In this document: one piece after another, positions 9,297 through 19,489 of the stretch | Layout of the letters: each line of letters starts with the position of its first letter | Numbering within the stretch: position 1 is the first letter of the stretch | From: an uncultured Erysipelotrichaceae bacterium | Lineage (GTDB): Bacteria > Bacillota_I > Bacilli_A > Erysipelotrichales > Coprobacillaceae | Reading direction: 5' to 3' | Length of the DNA: 52,853 nt | NCBI GenBank assembly: GCA_900550005.1 | Contig: URQL01000001.1 | Location: 1 to 52,853, forward strand | Translations under genes and position numbers: made by a program | Notes under the pieces: generated by a model | Seen by the model: the letters and a program-made list of their open reading frames with translations, nothing else | Databases searched by the model: none | Told to the model about the DNA's origin: nothing

Positions 9297-12200
9297 TTTT
9301 ATGTTCTCCCTTTTCCGTTTTTTCGCTTTTGTTGTACGATAACAAAATCATTAATACACCCAATATACCTACTAAAACAAAAGTTTTAATTCCTTTACCA
9401 CCTAAATTAGGTAATAAAGACATCGTTTTATTTGTTATCGTAAATGTATAATTATCGTTTGAAGGAGTAATTGTAGTTGTATAACTTGCAACTGCTTGTT
9501 CCGTTACGGTATAAGTGTAATAAGCTTTACTTTCATCATCTAATACTGTATATGCAGGTAAATCATTAATAACTTTTTGCCATACATTTTTATTTGTTGC
9601 ATCATTAGATGAAAGCATATAACTACCAACTGTTTCTGTGATTTCTTCACTTCCTTTCATATAAGATCTTTGTAATGTTACCTCGATCGTATCTGGTCGA
9701 ATTTGTCCAAAATTATTCAGATCTTTCCAAATTTTATTTATAGTGACATTCAAAAATTCATCACAAGGATCTTGTTGATTAGATGGTATCGGCGTTAGAC
9801 TGTCTTCGTTATCATACACTTTTGTATCATCCATTAACACCGCTTTAGCGTTAGATACATATGCATCTAAATCTACTTGTTCTGTTTTATCTTCATTTGA
9901 TAATTTGGCATTTTTTAATTCATCATAATCTTTAATATCTTGATAATGACTAATTTTAAAAATGTTCCAATTATCAACATCACTATCTTTCTTTATATCT
10001 AAATTACCTTTAATAATATCTAAAAGTTGATCACTTTTAGTACGATATATACGATAAGTATTGTTATTCCCTTCAATATTTGTTTTTGTATTAAATGTAT
10101 AAGAAGATTCTAATTTTGTTTTTCCTGTAAATGGTCCTACTTCATTTGATGTTCCTCGAATCGTATCTGCATAATACATATTATTGTTTTCAATAAGTCC
10201 TTCGTTATTAAATCCAATAAAACCACCCGTTAATCCATTACTATCTGTGCCATCTATTTTATCTGTAGCTTTTCCACCAAAAACATCATAACCTGATTTA
10301 ATTCCTGTAATTATAGAATTTTCCACTTTAGTTCGATTTGCTTTGATTAAACCGATTTTAATATTTTCTTTTTCTCCTTCACCAATGTGATTTTCATCAA
10401 CATTCGAGCAAGGTATTTCTACATAAGAATCTCCAATGGTAATTTTTGCTAAATCGGATGATCCATCGCCACGATCTTTATCTAATGCAACAGATATCTT
10501 CAATCCTAATAAAGTAACTGATAAAGCATTCCCTTCAGCAAAGATTTGCAATTGTAATAATGATCCTAAGTTTAAATCAATTAAACCTAAGTTTTCCAAA
10601 TCTCCTATATAAAGTAAATCCAATAGTTTATTTATGATCGCTAAAACAGGATCAAGTAAATAAGTAGATCCAACATCAATATCGCCTAAATATTCATAGC
10701 TTGTTTTTCCTATAAAACCACCAGCAATTTGATCACTGCTTACTTTTTTTATTTCATTGACTTGACAATTACTGATTCTAGCTAAATCTCCATACCCAAC
10801 AAAGCCGCCACTTATTGGTTCTTTACCATCTGTACTTTGAACTGTAAATCCATTTTTATAACCTTTAACTTCACAATTTACTGTATATGAACCAAAGACA
10901 TCTAATACTCCTGCAGTTGCATTTAATAATTTTCCTAAAACTTGAGCTTTATCTAGATCAACTACGCCACTTTTACCCATATGTCCAATAAATCCACCAG
11001 CATAATTTTTAGCAATAACTCTATTTAATTGTTCACATTTTGAATTTTTAACAGATCCATCAAGCAAGCTACCACCAAATCCTCCAGCATTACCTGTTTG
11101 CACTTTTGTATTTAATATACCTTCTGTTATTTGATCCTTTGCTTCAACAACCAATCCATTATCAATTGAACCAGTAACCGTTGCATGGTAAATATAAGTT
11201 CTAAAACTATCTAAAACATCAATACTTCCTAACTTAATGAGGTTTAAAATACTTGTATCTCCACTATCTCCAACTTGTGCTATAGCAGATACATCAGCTA
11301 GCCCAAAGAATCCACCTGCGTTTTGTCCACCAATAACTTTACGTATTCCACAAGCTTTAATTGTAGTATCTGTTGATTTTGTTGAACCTATAATTGTTCC
11401 GCTTGTATTACCAATAAATCCACCAACATAAGATGCATAATTCGTATTAACATCATTATCTTGAACATAAGTACCATCAACTGTAATTCCATAATCATCC
11501 CATGATGAAACACTGGCATAATCAATTGTACTTAACGTTGCACTTAAAACTTGTGCTAATGAAGCAGGAGTTTGAATTAAAATTCCAAGTAACTTAGAAA
11601 GAAGTCCTGAATTAGAAGTCGTATTTAATGTAACTGCACTTCCTGGTGTACTGATACCTACATAACCTCCTACATTTTGACTTCCTGTCACAGATTTTAA
11701 ATTAGTAATCGAACAATAAGATGTATCTGATCCTTGAATTTTTCCACCAATCATCTTTCCAACATAGCCACCGCTATTCCCTTCATTGTTTGTAAAATCA
11801 GTACCTGTTGTTTGAATACTTGCACCTGATTGATAACCTATTACTTTTGAGTTTTCAATAACAGGTATAAAAGATTGAAGAATTGGCAAATCACCATTAA
11901 TAGTTAAACCTGCTAAATCAATTTTGCCGACATCTGCCACTCCAGTAGTGAGCATTTCTCCGACAAAACCGCCACTGCTTCTTAAACTATTTACATCTTT
12001 AAGATCCATGGCTTTTGCTTCTTTAACAACGCCACCATCCATTTGTCCAACATAACCACCGGCTACACCACCTTCTTTAGCACTATTACCTGATTGTTTT
12101 CTTCCTGCTTTAATACTATAACCATAAGCATAGTGATTAATAATTTGATCTAGTTCTTCTTGACTAGTAACTGTTCCTAATTCTTGAAGTTGTTTCCCAT

Positions 12201-15200
12201 AAGTTCCATTAATTCCTATAGCTTGTACCCAAGAATTCCATGTATCCATTGATAAATTTCTAAGTGGTCCATAAATCGCTGTAGATGTTTCTGTAGGATA
12301 AACAGCTTGTAAAGCACTTAGTGTATTATCCAATTTTACTAATCCATAAAGTAAGCTAATTCCACCAGTATCTACAACATTAGCACATTCGCTTTTACCG
12401 CTAAAACCGCCAGCAAATTCATAACCATATACAGCTCTTAGACGACTGATCGAATTTTCTTTTTGAATCGTTGGAATTGAATTATTCCATTGTCGATTAG
12501 AATTTCCTTCAATTCTACCTCCTAAGTTGTATCCGACATAACCTCCGGCACAACCTTTTTGGACACCATTTTGGGTAGGTGAACTTGCTCTTACAACACC
12601 ACCACAAGGAATACAAGTTGTTTGAGAATTATAAATCATAGGAATAAAAGATTGTAAAATTGAAGCTAAACCACCACTAATATTAACTAAACCGCCTAAT
12701 AAAGTTGTATCACCTAATACACTAGCAACATCTCCTGGTTGCATTGAACCAACATAACCTCCAGCACTTATTTGTCCTATAACATATGCAAAATTATATG
12801 CATTGCAATTTTGTAATTGTGATCCGTTATTTTCGCCTACAAATCCACCTGCTTTTCCAAGCGTTCCATCTGTATTTGATAATCCATTTGCTTTAACACT
12901 ATAACCACCAATATTTCCTGTTACATCACAATCTTCTATTTTTGAAGCAACAACATCTAAAGCAGATAATAAATTGCTTAATTCAATACTTGATCCTAAA
13001 ATAGTTAATCCTTTACCTAATGAAGCCGTATTTCCAATATCTAATTTTCCTATATAACCACCCGCACAATTTTGTGCGCTGACAGCGTAATAAGAATCAC
13101 CATTATAATAACTTGATCCATCACTGCTATTCAAATCTTCACTAGGTGGTGTAACCGTCGTATGTTTTAAATTACTTACATCACTATTTGTAATTTGTAC
13201 TGCACTAGCATATCCTATATATCCGCCCGCACTACCAGAAGTTAAGTCGGTTTCATCATATCCACTCGTATTTACTACTAATCCCTCTTTAGAATTAACA
13301 TCAGCATTTTTTATAATAGGAACATAAACATTAACTAATTTAAGAAGATCATTAAGTTGAATGTTTAATCCTGTTATACCACCTAAAATACTGATTCCTT
13401 TTGAAGCATCAGCTAATGCTCCTGCATAAACCTTTCCTGCAAAACCTCCAGCATAACTCCGACCAGATACTTTTTCTATATTATTAACCGCTATGTTTTC
13501 ACCTTGATTATCTAAAGTTCCACTTTGAAAATCAGCAGCAAATCCACCTGCTAAATCACCTATCACTTGACCTTCTTTTACGAATTCAACTCGACATTGT
13601 TCATATTTAGGAATAAGGTAAGCGACAGCATTCAATAATCCATTTGCTTCAATCAAAGATTTAATTTCTGTTTCATCTCCAACCTCTGCTAAACAACCTG
13701 TTTTAGAAATCCCTACGAATCCACCGGAATATCCACCTTGATCCGTCGTTTTAACATATTTCAAATTTTTCACAGTTGAATTTGAAATTTTTGTACTTCC
13801 ACTTCTTGCTACAAAACCACCTGCAACATAATCTTGAACTAAATTTTCGTCTCTTTGTCCTGTTGCTTCGATCGTCAACCCACTTTCAATACCTGTAACA
13901 CTAGAATTAGTAATTTTAACTTCTATTGCTTGTCCTAATGAAAGTAAATTACTAAGTTTAATGAGATAATTTAATCCTAATAAATTAACTGTTAATCCCC
14001 CATCACTACCTACTAAATCTCCTGGGCTAGCAACACCAACAAATCCTCCAACATAATTATTTCCTTGAATGGATTCTAAATTTGTGATTTGAACTTCATC
14101 TATTTTACCACCTATAGCTTCCCCAAAAGCACCACCAACAATATCTTTATTTGCCTCTATTTTAGTGTGATCACCAATTAAACTGACATTATTAATATCA
14201 AAACCTAAATAAGAAGCTACACCTAATGTTGTATTAAGTAATCCTGCTACGCTAGCTGTTCCTACTGATCCTGCAAGACCACCAACATAACTATTTCCAC
14301 TAACACTTTTTATATTACTTACACTATTTTGTTGTTCAATAATATTTGTTGTGTAAATGTCATTTTTTATAAATGATACGTTGTCTAATGAAGTTTGATT
14401 AGACGAAGAAATTTGTACACCATTTCCTCTACCGATAAATCCGCCAACGTAATCCTTACCACTAACTGTTAAAGGAGCATTGATTTGACAGCCAAATAAA
14501 TTTGAAGGATGAATTCCTGCAAGAGATAATAAAGTATTTCCTGAGCTTGGATCGCTGCTTAAAAGTTTTACAACTAAATCCACAACCCCGCCAAGTAAAT
14601 TATCTTTTGTATCACTTTTACCTAAATTTGCTGCCCATCCTAAATCAGCAATTCCAGCAAAGCCACCTACATTATTTCCTCCAGAATTCACATTCATTTC
14701 TTGATTTATATTAATACAACAATTAACCATTGAGGTATTGGCAAGTACTCCCGCAAAGCCACCTTGGTATTCATTACCAGAAATGGCTAAAATATTTCCA
14801 TTAATTGAACAATCTACAAGCATGCTTTCTGGATTAATTTTACTAAATTTAGATAGATCACCTTGAATATCTAAAGCACCTGATAGTGTTCCTTCAATCA
14901 CATCATCACGCGCTATTCCAACAAAGCCACCGCTATAATTATTTGCTTGAACCTGATAAGAACCATTTTGAATTGAGCATTTCGCAACAATTGCTCCTCT
15001 TTGTTCGCCAATAAATCCACCTGCACTATCATGATCATTACTACCTATTTTTCCTGTTAAGCCATTAATCATACAATCTTGAATCACAACATTTTTATAT
15101 CCTGTAGGGATTAATTTATCCACAGGAATCGCATTTCCCAATAAAATCGTAATTAAATCTCCCAAGCCTAATCCAGGAATGACATTTAAAATTTTAGCTA

Positions 15201-17007
15201 ATAAAGTAGCTGTTCCACCTAATCCTTTAGACAAACCATCGTATTCCGTTTTACCTGATACATACCCGACAAATCCACCTGTATAATGATTAACATTGTT
15301 TACGATTGTATTATTTAATTCACATTTTGATATTTCAACATCACCAACAATTCTACCGGCAAATGCTCCTGTCGCCAAAGCTGTTGGATCTTTTTGTCTT
15401 GCGTTTAAAATATTAGATAACGTTTCTCTCAACCCTGCATCTACCGATCCAAAAGTTAATAGCCAAGTTAATCCATCTAATAATCCTCCAAGAACTAAAC
15501 CTAAAGAAGATGTAAGTCCACTTATTAAAGTTTGATCAAATTTTGTTTTTGACGCTTGATTATCTATGTTTATATTATTAAACTCAATATTTGACACTTT
15601 TGCTGTACCTTTACTTAAACCAATATCATCATCACTTGATTCATTTGATAAAGTTGCAAAAAAGCCAACACCCATTTGCTTACCAACATCTAATTCATCA
15701 CTTTGAATAACCTTTATATTTGATAATGTAGGTTGATTGCCTTGAATTTCAGATCCATTCCACAAAGAAGTATTATTAATTGACTTAGCACCAATCATTG
15801 TTCCTTGGAACATTAACGGTTCCCAATTACTACTAGATAAATCAATATCTCTAAAAATAATGTAATTTGCATTAGATGAATAAGTTAGCTTATAACCAGA
15901 AGATACATCTGTCTTTGGCTCAATCTCACCTGTAGCTTGATTAACCACACATTGATGTCTTATTGCGAAATGACTAATAGAACTCGTTGATTTATCTGTA
16001 TCATGAATACTACCAAATGTAAAATCCTCTAATCCATTTTGTTCTTTAGTTAAATCTGCATCACCTGGATAAAGTAAAATTGGATTTCCATTTTGATCAA
16101 TATCAACTTTTCGAGTTACTTCTGCTGCATCATAATAAGCTTGATAAACTGCACCATGAACAGTAGCATCTGAACCAATCTTACGTAATTGTTGTTCATT
16201 CCCTATTAGAATATAAGTTGTGCCATCAATGGTTTTAGTAACTTGTCCCTTAAAATCTCTACCTTCAGCACTTGTTTTATCAACATAAATAGAATCATCA
16301 TCTTGCTTACTATCTAACAGTCCTACTTGATTCACTACTGTTTCTGGCATTTGCTCCGTAAATTCTTTAGCTAGTACATAATGATGTGATGAACTATAAG
16401 TTAAATAATTTTTTGAATTATTTGGATAAATCATTTGTCCCACACCAAAATATTCAGGTAACATGTCCTTAGACATTACTGGTTCTTGTTCATGTGAATT
16501 AGAAAGTAAAGTCTTTAATTGATAATTATTATATATATAAATTGTATCTGTTTTATCATCATAAATTATGTTCTTTTCACCAATGGGTGAAGAACTAAAT
16601 TCACCAGTAAAATTTTGTGGTAAACTCCAATAATGATCACCTAAATCAATATTATTCATTAATTGATATTTTGCGCTTAAACTATAAGTAACTGCATTAT
16701 CATTTTGATAAACTGTTTCTCCTGTTCCAAAAGTATTTTCATCATTATCTAATAAAGTGACTATAACATTTGTCCCTATAGCTTGTAGTTGTTTTAAATT
16801 ATAAATTTTAATAACTTCGTTCTCATAAATTGAAGAATAATCTACTTCTTTTTCATTTTGTTCTTCAATATTTTCTGTAATATCCTTTTCTTCTGATGAG
16901 TTTGTTGTATTATTATTTGCATAAACGTAAATTGAAGTAAATAATAAAGAGATTACACACATCCAAATTACGCCTACGTAAACAACGTCCCTAAATTTAC
17001 GTAACAT
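9283..17007 (-). CDS. Giant pilus tip adhesin (2574 aa) with GLUG-like GG[FY]xG repeats, Cna-B domain and LPNLG sorting signal
   Basis: Signal peptide, dozens of GG[FY][VIA]G repeats, C-terminal KIWKD..RPDTIEVTL..LPAY..YTVTE..FTITN Cna-B repeat, LPNLGG + TM; AAGGAG RBS. Confidence 0.85.
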   Translation of the reverse strand: MLRKFRDVVYVGVIWMCVISLLFTSIYVYANNNTTNSSEEKDITENIEEQNEKEVDYSSIYENEVIKIYNLKQLQAIGTNVIVTLLDNDENTFGTGETVYQNDNAVTYSLSAKYQLMNNIDLGDHYWSLPQNFTGEFSSSPIGEKNIIYDDKTDTIYIYNNYQLKTLLSNSHEQEPVMSKDMLPEYFGVGQMIYPNNSKNYLTYSSSHHYVLAKEFTEQMPETVVNQVGLLDSKQDDDSIYVDKTSAEGRDFKGQVTKTIDGTTYILIGNEQQLRKIGSDATVHGAVYQAYYDAAEVTRKVDIDQNGNPILLYPGDADLTKEQNGLEDFTFGSIHDTDKSTSSISHFAIRHQCVVNQATGEIEPKTDVSSGYKLTYSSNANYIIFRDIDLSSSNWEPLMFQGTMIGAKSINNTSLWNGSEIQGNQPTLSNIKVIQSDELDVGKQMGVGFFATLSNESSDDDIGLSKGTAKVSNIEFNNINIDNQASKTKFDQTLISGLTSSLGLVLGGLLDGLTWLLTFGSVDAGLRETLSNILNARQKDPTALATGAFAGRIVGDVEISKCELNNTIVNNVNHYTGGFVGYVSGKTEYDGLSKGLGGTATLLAKILNVIPGLGLGDLITILLGNAIPVDKLIPTGYKNVVIQDCMINGLTGKIGSNDHDSAGGFIGEQRGAIVAKCSIQNGSYQVQANNYSGGFVGIARDDVIEGTLSGALDIQGDLSKFSKINPESMLVDCSINGNILAISGNEYQGGFAGVLANTSMVNCCININQEMNVNSGGNNVGGFAGIADLGWAANLGKSDTKDNLLGGVVDLVVKLLSSDPSSGNTLLSLAGIHPSNLFGCQINAPLTVSGKDYVGGFIGRGNGVQISSSNQTSLDNVSFIKNDIYTTNIIEQQNSVSNIKSVSGNSYVGGLAGSVGTASVAGLLNTTLGVASYLGFDINNVSLIGDHTKIEANKDIVGGAFGEAIGGKIDEVQITNLESIQGNNYVGGFVGVASPGDLVGSDGGLTVNLLGLNYLIKLSNLLSLGQAIEVKITNSSVTGIESGLTIEATGQRDENLVQDYVAGGFVARSGSTKISNSTVKNLKYVKTTDQGGYSGGFVGISKTGCLAEVGDETEIKSLIEANGLLNAVAYLIPKYEQCRVEFVKEGQVIGDLAGGFAADFQSGTLDNQGENIAVNNIEKVSGRSYAGGFAGKVYAGALADASKGISILGGITGLNIQLNDLLKLVNVYVPIIKNADVNSKEGLVVNTSGYDETDLTSGSAGGYIGYASAVQITNSDVSNLKHTTVTPPSEDLNSSDGSSYYNGDSYYAVSAQNCAGGYIGKLDIGNTASLGKGLTILGSSIELSNLLSALDVVASKIEDCDVTGNIGGYSVKANGLSNTDGTLGKAGGFVGENNGSQLQNCNAYNFAYVIGQISAGGYVGSMQPGDVASVLGDTTLLGGLVNISGGLASILQSFIPMIYNSQTTCIPCGGVVRASSPTQNGVQKGCAGGYVGYNLGGRIEGNSNRQWNNSIPTIQKENSISRLRAVYGYEFAGGFSGKSECANVVDTGGISLLYGLVKLDNTLSALQAVYPTETSTAIYGPLRNLSMDTWNSWVQAIGINGTYGKQLQELGTVTSQEELDQIINHYAYGYSIKAGRKQSGNSAKEGGVAGGYVGQMDGGVVKEAKAMDLKDVNSLRSSGGFVGEMLTTGVADVGKIDLAGLTINGDLPILQSFIPVIENSKVIGYQSGASIQTTGTDFTNNEGNSGGYVGKMIGGKIQGSDTSYCSITNLKSVTGSQNVGGYVGISTPGSAVTLNTTSNSGLLSKLLGILIQTPASLAQVLSATLSTIDYASVSSWDDYGITVDGTYVQDNDVNTNYASYVGGFIGNTSGTIIGSTKSTDTTIKACGIRKVIGGQNAGGFFGLADVSAIAQVGDSGDTSILNLIKLGSIDVLDSFRTYIYHATVTGSIDNGLVVEAKDQITEGILNTKVQTGNAGGFGGSLLDGSVKNSKCEQLNRVIAKNYAGGFIGHMGKSGVVDLDKAQVLGKLLNATAGVLDVFGSYTVNCEVKGYKNGFTVQSTDGKEPISGGFVGYGDLARISNCQVNEIKKVSSDQIAGGFIGKTSYEYLGDIDVGSTYLLDPVLAIINKLLDLLYIGDLENLGLIDLNLGSLLQLQIFAEGNALSVTLLGLKISVALDKDRGDGSSDLAKITIGDSYVEIPCSNVDENHIGEGEKENIKIGLIKANRTKVENSIITGIKSGYDVFGGKATDKIDGTDSNGLTGGFIGFNNEGLIENNNMYYADTIRGTSNEVGPFTGKTKLESSYTFNTKTNIEGNNNTYRIYRTKSDQLLDIIKGNLDIKKDSDVDNWNIFKISHYQDIKDYDELKNAKLSNEDKTEQVDLDAYVSNAKAVLMDDTKVYDNEDSLTPIPSNQQDPCDEFLNVTINKIWKDLNNFGQIRPDTIEVTLQRSYMKGSEEITETVGSYMLSSNDATNKNVWQKVINDLPAYTVLDDESKAYYTYTVTEQAVASYTTTITPSNDNYTFTITNKTMSLLPNLGGKGIKTFVLVGILGVLMILLSYNKSEKTEKGEHKNENN

Positions 17008-17160
17008 CCCATGTACTCCTTACTTTCTTAAAACCCAATCTGATAAAATGTTAGTTTTCTTTGTTATAAGGTGATTAATTTAGATGGTTAATCTCTATTA
17101 TTCTCTTCATAGCAGTATTCTAATAGTCTATCAATAGCAATTAATAAAATTACTATATAT

Positions 17161-17189
17161 AGTGTACCCCCCCCCGAAACTTTTGTCAA
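17161..17189 (-). promoter_or_regulatory. SigA-type promoter of the pilus operon with G9 tract in the spacer
   Basis: Minus strand reads TTGACA-aaagtttcGGGGGGGGG-TACACT, spacer exactly 17 nt. Confidence 0.85.
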
Positions 17190-17538
17190 GTATTATTATT
17201 TTTCTATTTTAACTAATAGGAATTATGCTTTTAGTTATTTTATAAAAATAGCACTATTTTCATATTTAATTTATATGTTTAAATTTAATTCAATCTTTCA
17301 AAAATAAATCGCTTATTTCAACAAATTTGGTCATATTGTTCATTATTTGTAAAATTTAATTATATTATATGAAACAATTTAAATAAAACACTTACAAATA
17401 TTTTTTTAGTAATATAAAACAAATTAATTTTAAATATTTGTTAAATTTATATTGATTTTATGTAATTTTTACATCAAAATATAACCAAAAAAAGCTAAGT
17501 CAACACTTAGCTTAATCTTTTTTCATTTTTAATACTAC

Positions 17539-17756
17539 TTATTTATACATAATGAAATAAGTGACCACCATAACAATGGCTGTAATGATTGATGTATGAA
17601 CAACTTGTTTTATTTTACTTTCTTCTTTTTGTACAATATATTTAGCTAAAACAACATTTGTTTCAACTGACAGACCAGTAAATAAACTTACAATCAAACT
17701 AATCATTGCCGAGTTACTTCCAACAGTAGCTAATTATATACTACCACAATATCCAT
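17539..17756 (-). pseudogene. Fragment of a MATE family efflux transporter
   Basis: Manual translation gives DIVV..*LATVGSNSAMISLIVSLFTGLSVETNVVLAKYIVQK..VVHTSII, resembling the MATE N-terminal ALAAVGS..GLSVG..VVIA..G segment; rest missing. Confidence 0.7.
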
Positions 17757-17888
17757 CTTCATCACCTCATGTCCCGTTATTATACAAAAAATGTATGAAA
17801 TAACCTATAAAGTATTCACTTTTCATATTATGTAAATCTATTTATTACAACTTCAACTTATAGTAAAATAAAATTAGAAAAGGAGGTT

Positions 17889-18401
17889 TTGTTTATGTCA
17901 AAAAAGAAAATTTCTGTTTTCACTGCAAGCATTTTCCTCATTTTAATTTGTGCTTTCTTCATATTGAATCATAAACCTAATAAAGTAACTTATGATCGTC
18001 TTTTTGAGGATTCAGCAAATACATGTAATATCCTAGTTCTTTATAAAGACGATAAACAAAGTGGTCTTCGTCTAACGACCAATATAGATTATGCTTCACC
18101 TATGGTTTATTTTGATGTCATTTATGAACGTATCGTTGAATCTGATAATATCTACTATTTAACAAACAACAAGGATTTTCTTAAAATAAACAAGGATGGT
18201 ACATTTGAGAGGTCGGATCCTGTTATTTATAACGATATTGACTATGCAGTAATCAATGTAGATGACACAAGTGACTTTGACGCATCTCTTCGTTATATTC
18301 AACCTAACGATGATACTGAGGTTTATATTTCTTCATCTATTTTCAAAAATAATTCAATGATGATCAAAGAAATTGCACAAGTAGATAATTACTTTAACTA
18401 A
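17889..18401 (+). CDS. Hypothetical membrane-anchored/secreted protein
   Basis: AGGAGG RBS (true start may be ATG 17895), N-terminal basic + hydrophobic segment; no recognised motif. Confidence 0.65.
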   Translation: MFMSKKKISVFTASIFLILICAFFILNHKPNKVTYDRLFEDSANTCNILVLYKDDKQSGLRLTTNIDYASPMVYFDVIYERIVESDNIYYLTNNKDFLKINKDGTFERSDPVIYNDIDYAVINVDDTSDFDASLRYIQPNDDTEVYISSSIFKNNSMMIKEIAQVDNYFN

Positions 18402-18426
18402 AAAATGGTTCATTCGAACCATTTTT
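18400..18426. terminator. Bidirectional intrinsic terminator
   Basis: AAAAATGGTTC-attc-GAACCATTTTT between convergent genes. Confidence 0.8.
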
Positions 18427-19438
18427 ATTTGCACACACAAACAGGTGCTGGAATTTTTAATTTTTCATTTAAACGAATCAATTCATCTTGACCAATTCTA
18501 AAACATTCTAATTCATCTTTATCTTGAGCTGCACTAATTACATAGTTACCAATCACATTGATATCACGAGGATTTTTACCTATTTCATAGAAACCAATTA
18601 AACCTATTTTACCTGTTTCTTTCATTATTAGATACATAGCAATAGAATTATGCCCACGATTTGAAACAAATAAGTACTTTTCATCTTCACTTAAACGAAT
18701 AGCCGCTGCAGAGGAATCTTTTTTATAGCCAAAAGGTAAACAAGAAATCTTTTGACTTAATACCATTCCTTTTTCACCACAATTAAAGACCATGATCGTA
18801 CTTGCAATCTCGTTAACTAAATAACCATGTTTACCATCTTTAGTAAAAATAAGATGTCGAGGTCCACTACCAGGTAAAATATTGATTGAAGCCTCTTTAT
18901 CTTCTACCAATCTTCCATTACCATATTTATAAGTAACAATTCGATCACTACCTAAATCAACTGTATAAAGATATTTCTTTTCTGGTGTAATACCCACATA
19001 ATGAGGATGCGGTGAAGCTTGTCGGCCAAATAAATCGGGACCCATTCCTTTATGATAAACAACACATGTTTTTTCTTTTACTTCATGATTTTCTATACGA
19101 TAAGCTACTGTTGTTCCTGCATGATAATTTGCCCCATATAAATAGTTTTTATTAGGATCTAAGCATAAATGTGTATAACTTCTCCCATTTGAAGTCGAAT
19201 GACTTAATTCTATTAAATCATCGTTTTGAATTAAAAAGCTTCCCATTCCTCCACCATTTTCTTTTTTAGAAGCATTTTTATAAGAAACATAAAGGTATTG
19301 TTCATCACGGATAAGATAAGCTGCATAATCACTTGTTTCTACTTTTTTAACTAAGGTCATTTTTCCTGTTTTATCATCTAAATTACAAATATAAATTCCT
19401 CTTTTTTTATCATAACTTCCTACATAAAATGTTGTCAT
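18425..19438 (-). CDS. pgl: 6-phosphogluconolactonase (lactonase beta-propeller family)
   Basis: YVGSY, GANYHAG, RQASPHPH, VDLGSD, GSGPRHL, AAIRLS, VSNRGHNSI, PRD. Confidence 0.88.
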   Translation of the reverse strand: MTTFYVGSYDKKRGIYICNLDDKTGKMTLVKKVETSDYAAYLIRDEQYLYVSYKNASKKENGGGMGSFLIQNDDLIELSHSTSNGRSYTHLCLDPNKNYLYGANYHAGTTVAYRIENHEVKEKTCVVYHKGMGPDLFGRQASPHPHYVGITPEKKYLYTVDLGSDRIVTYKYGNGRLVEDKEASINILPGSGPRHLIFTKDGKHGYLVNEIASTIMVFNCGEKGMVLSQKISCLPFGYKKDSSAAAIRLSEDEKYLFVSNRGHNSIAMYLIMKETGKIGLIGFYEIGKNPRDINVIGNYVISAAQDKDELECFRIGQDELIRLNEKLKIPAPVCVCK

Positions 19439-19489
19439 ACTATCCCTTCCTATCTTCTTAACTTATTATACCTTTTTTTCATTTGATTT

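Noticed and set aside
17010..17155. c-di-GMP riboswitch or uORF (MKRIIEINHLN) in the pilus 5' leader
   Set aside because: No GEMM-type motifs; the 11-codon ORF has no RBS.
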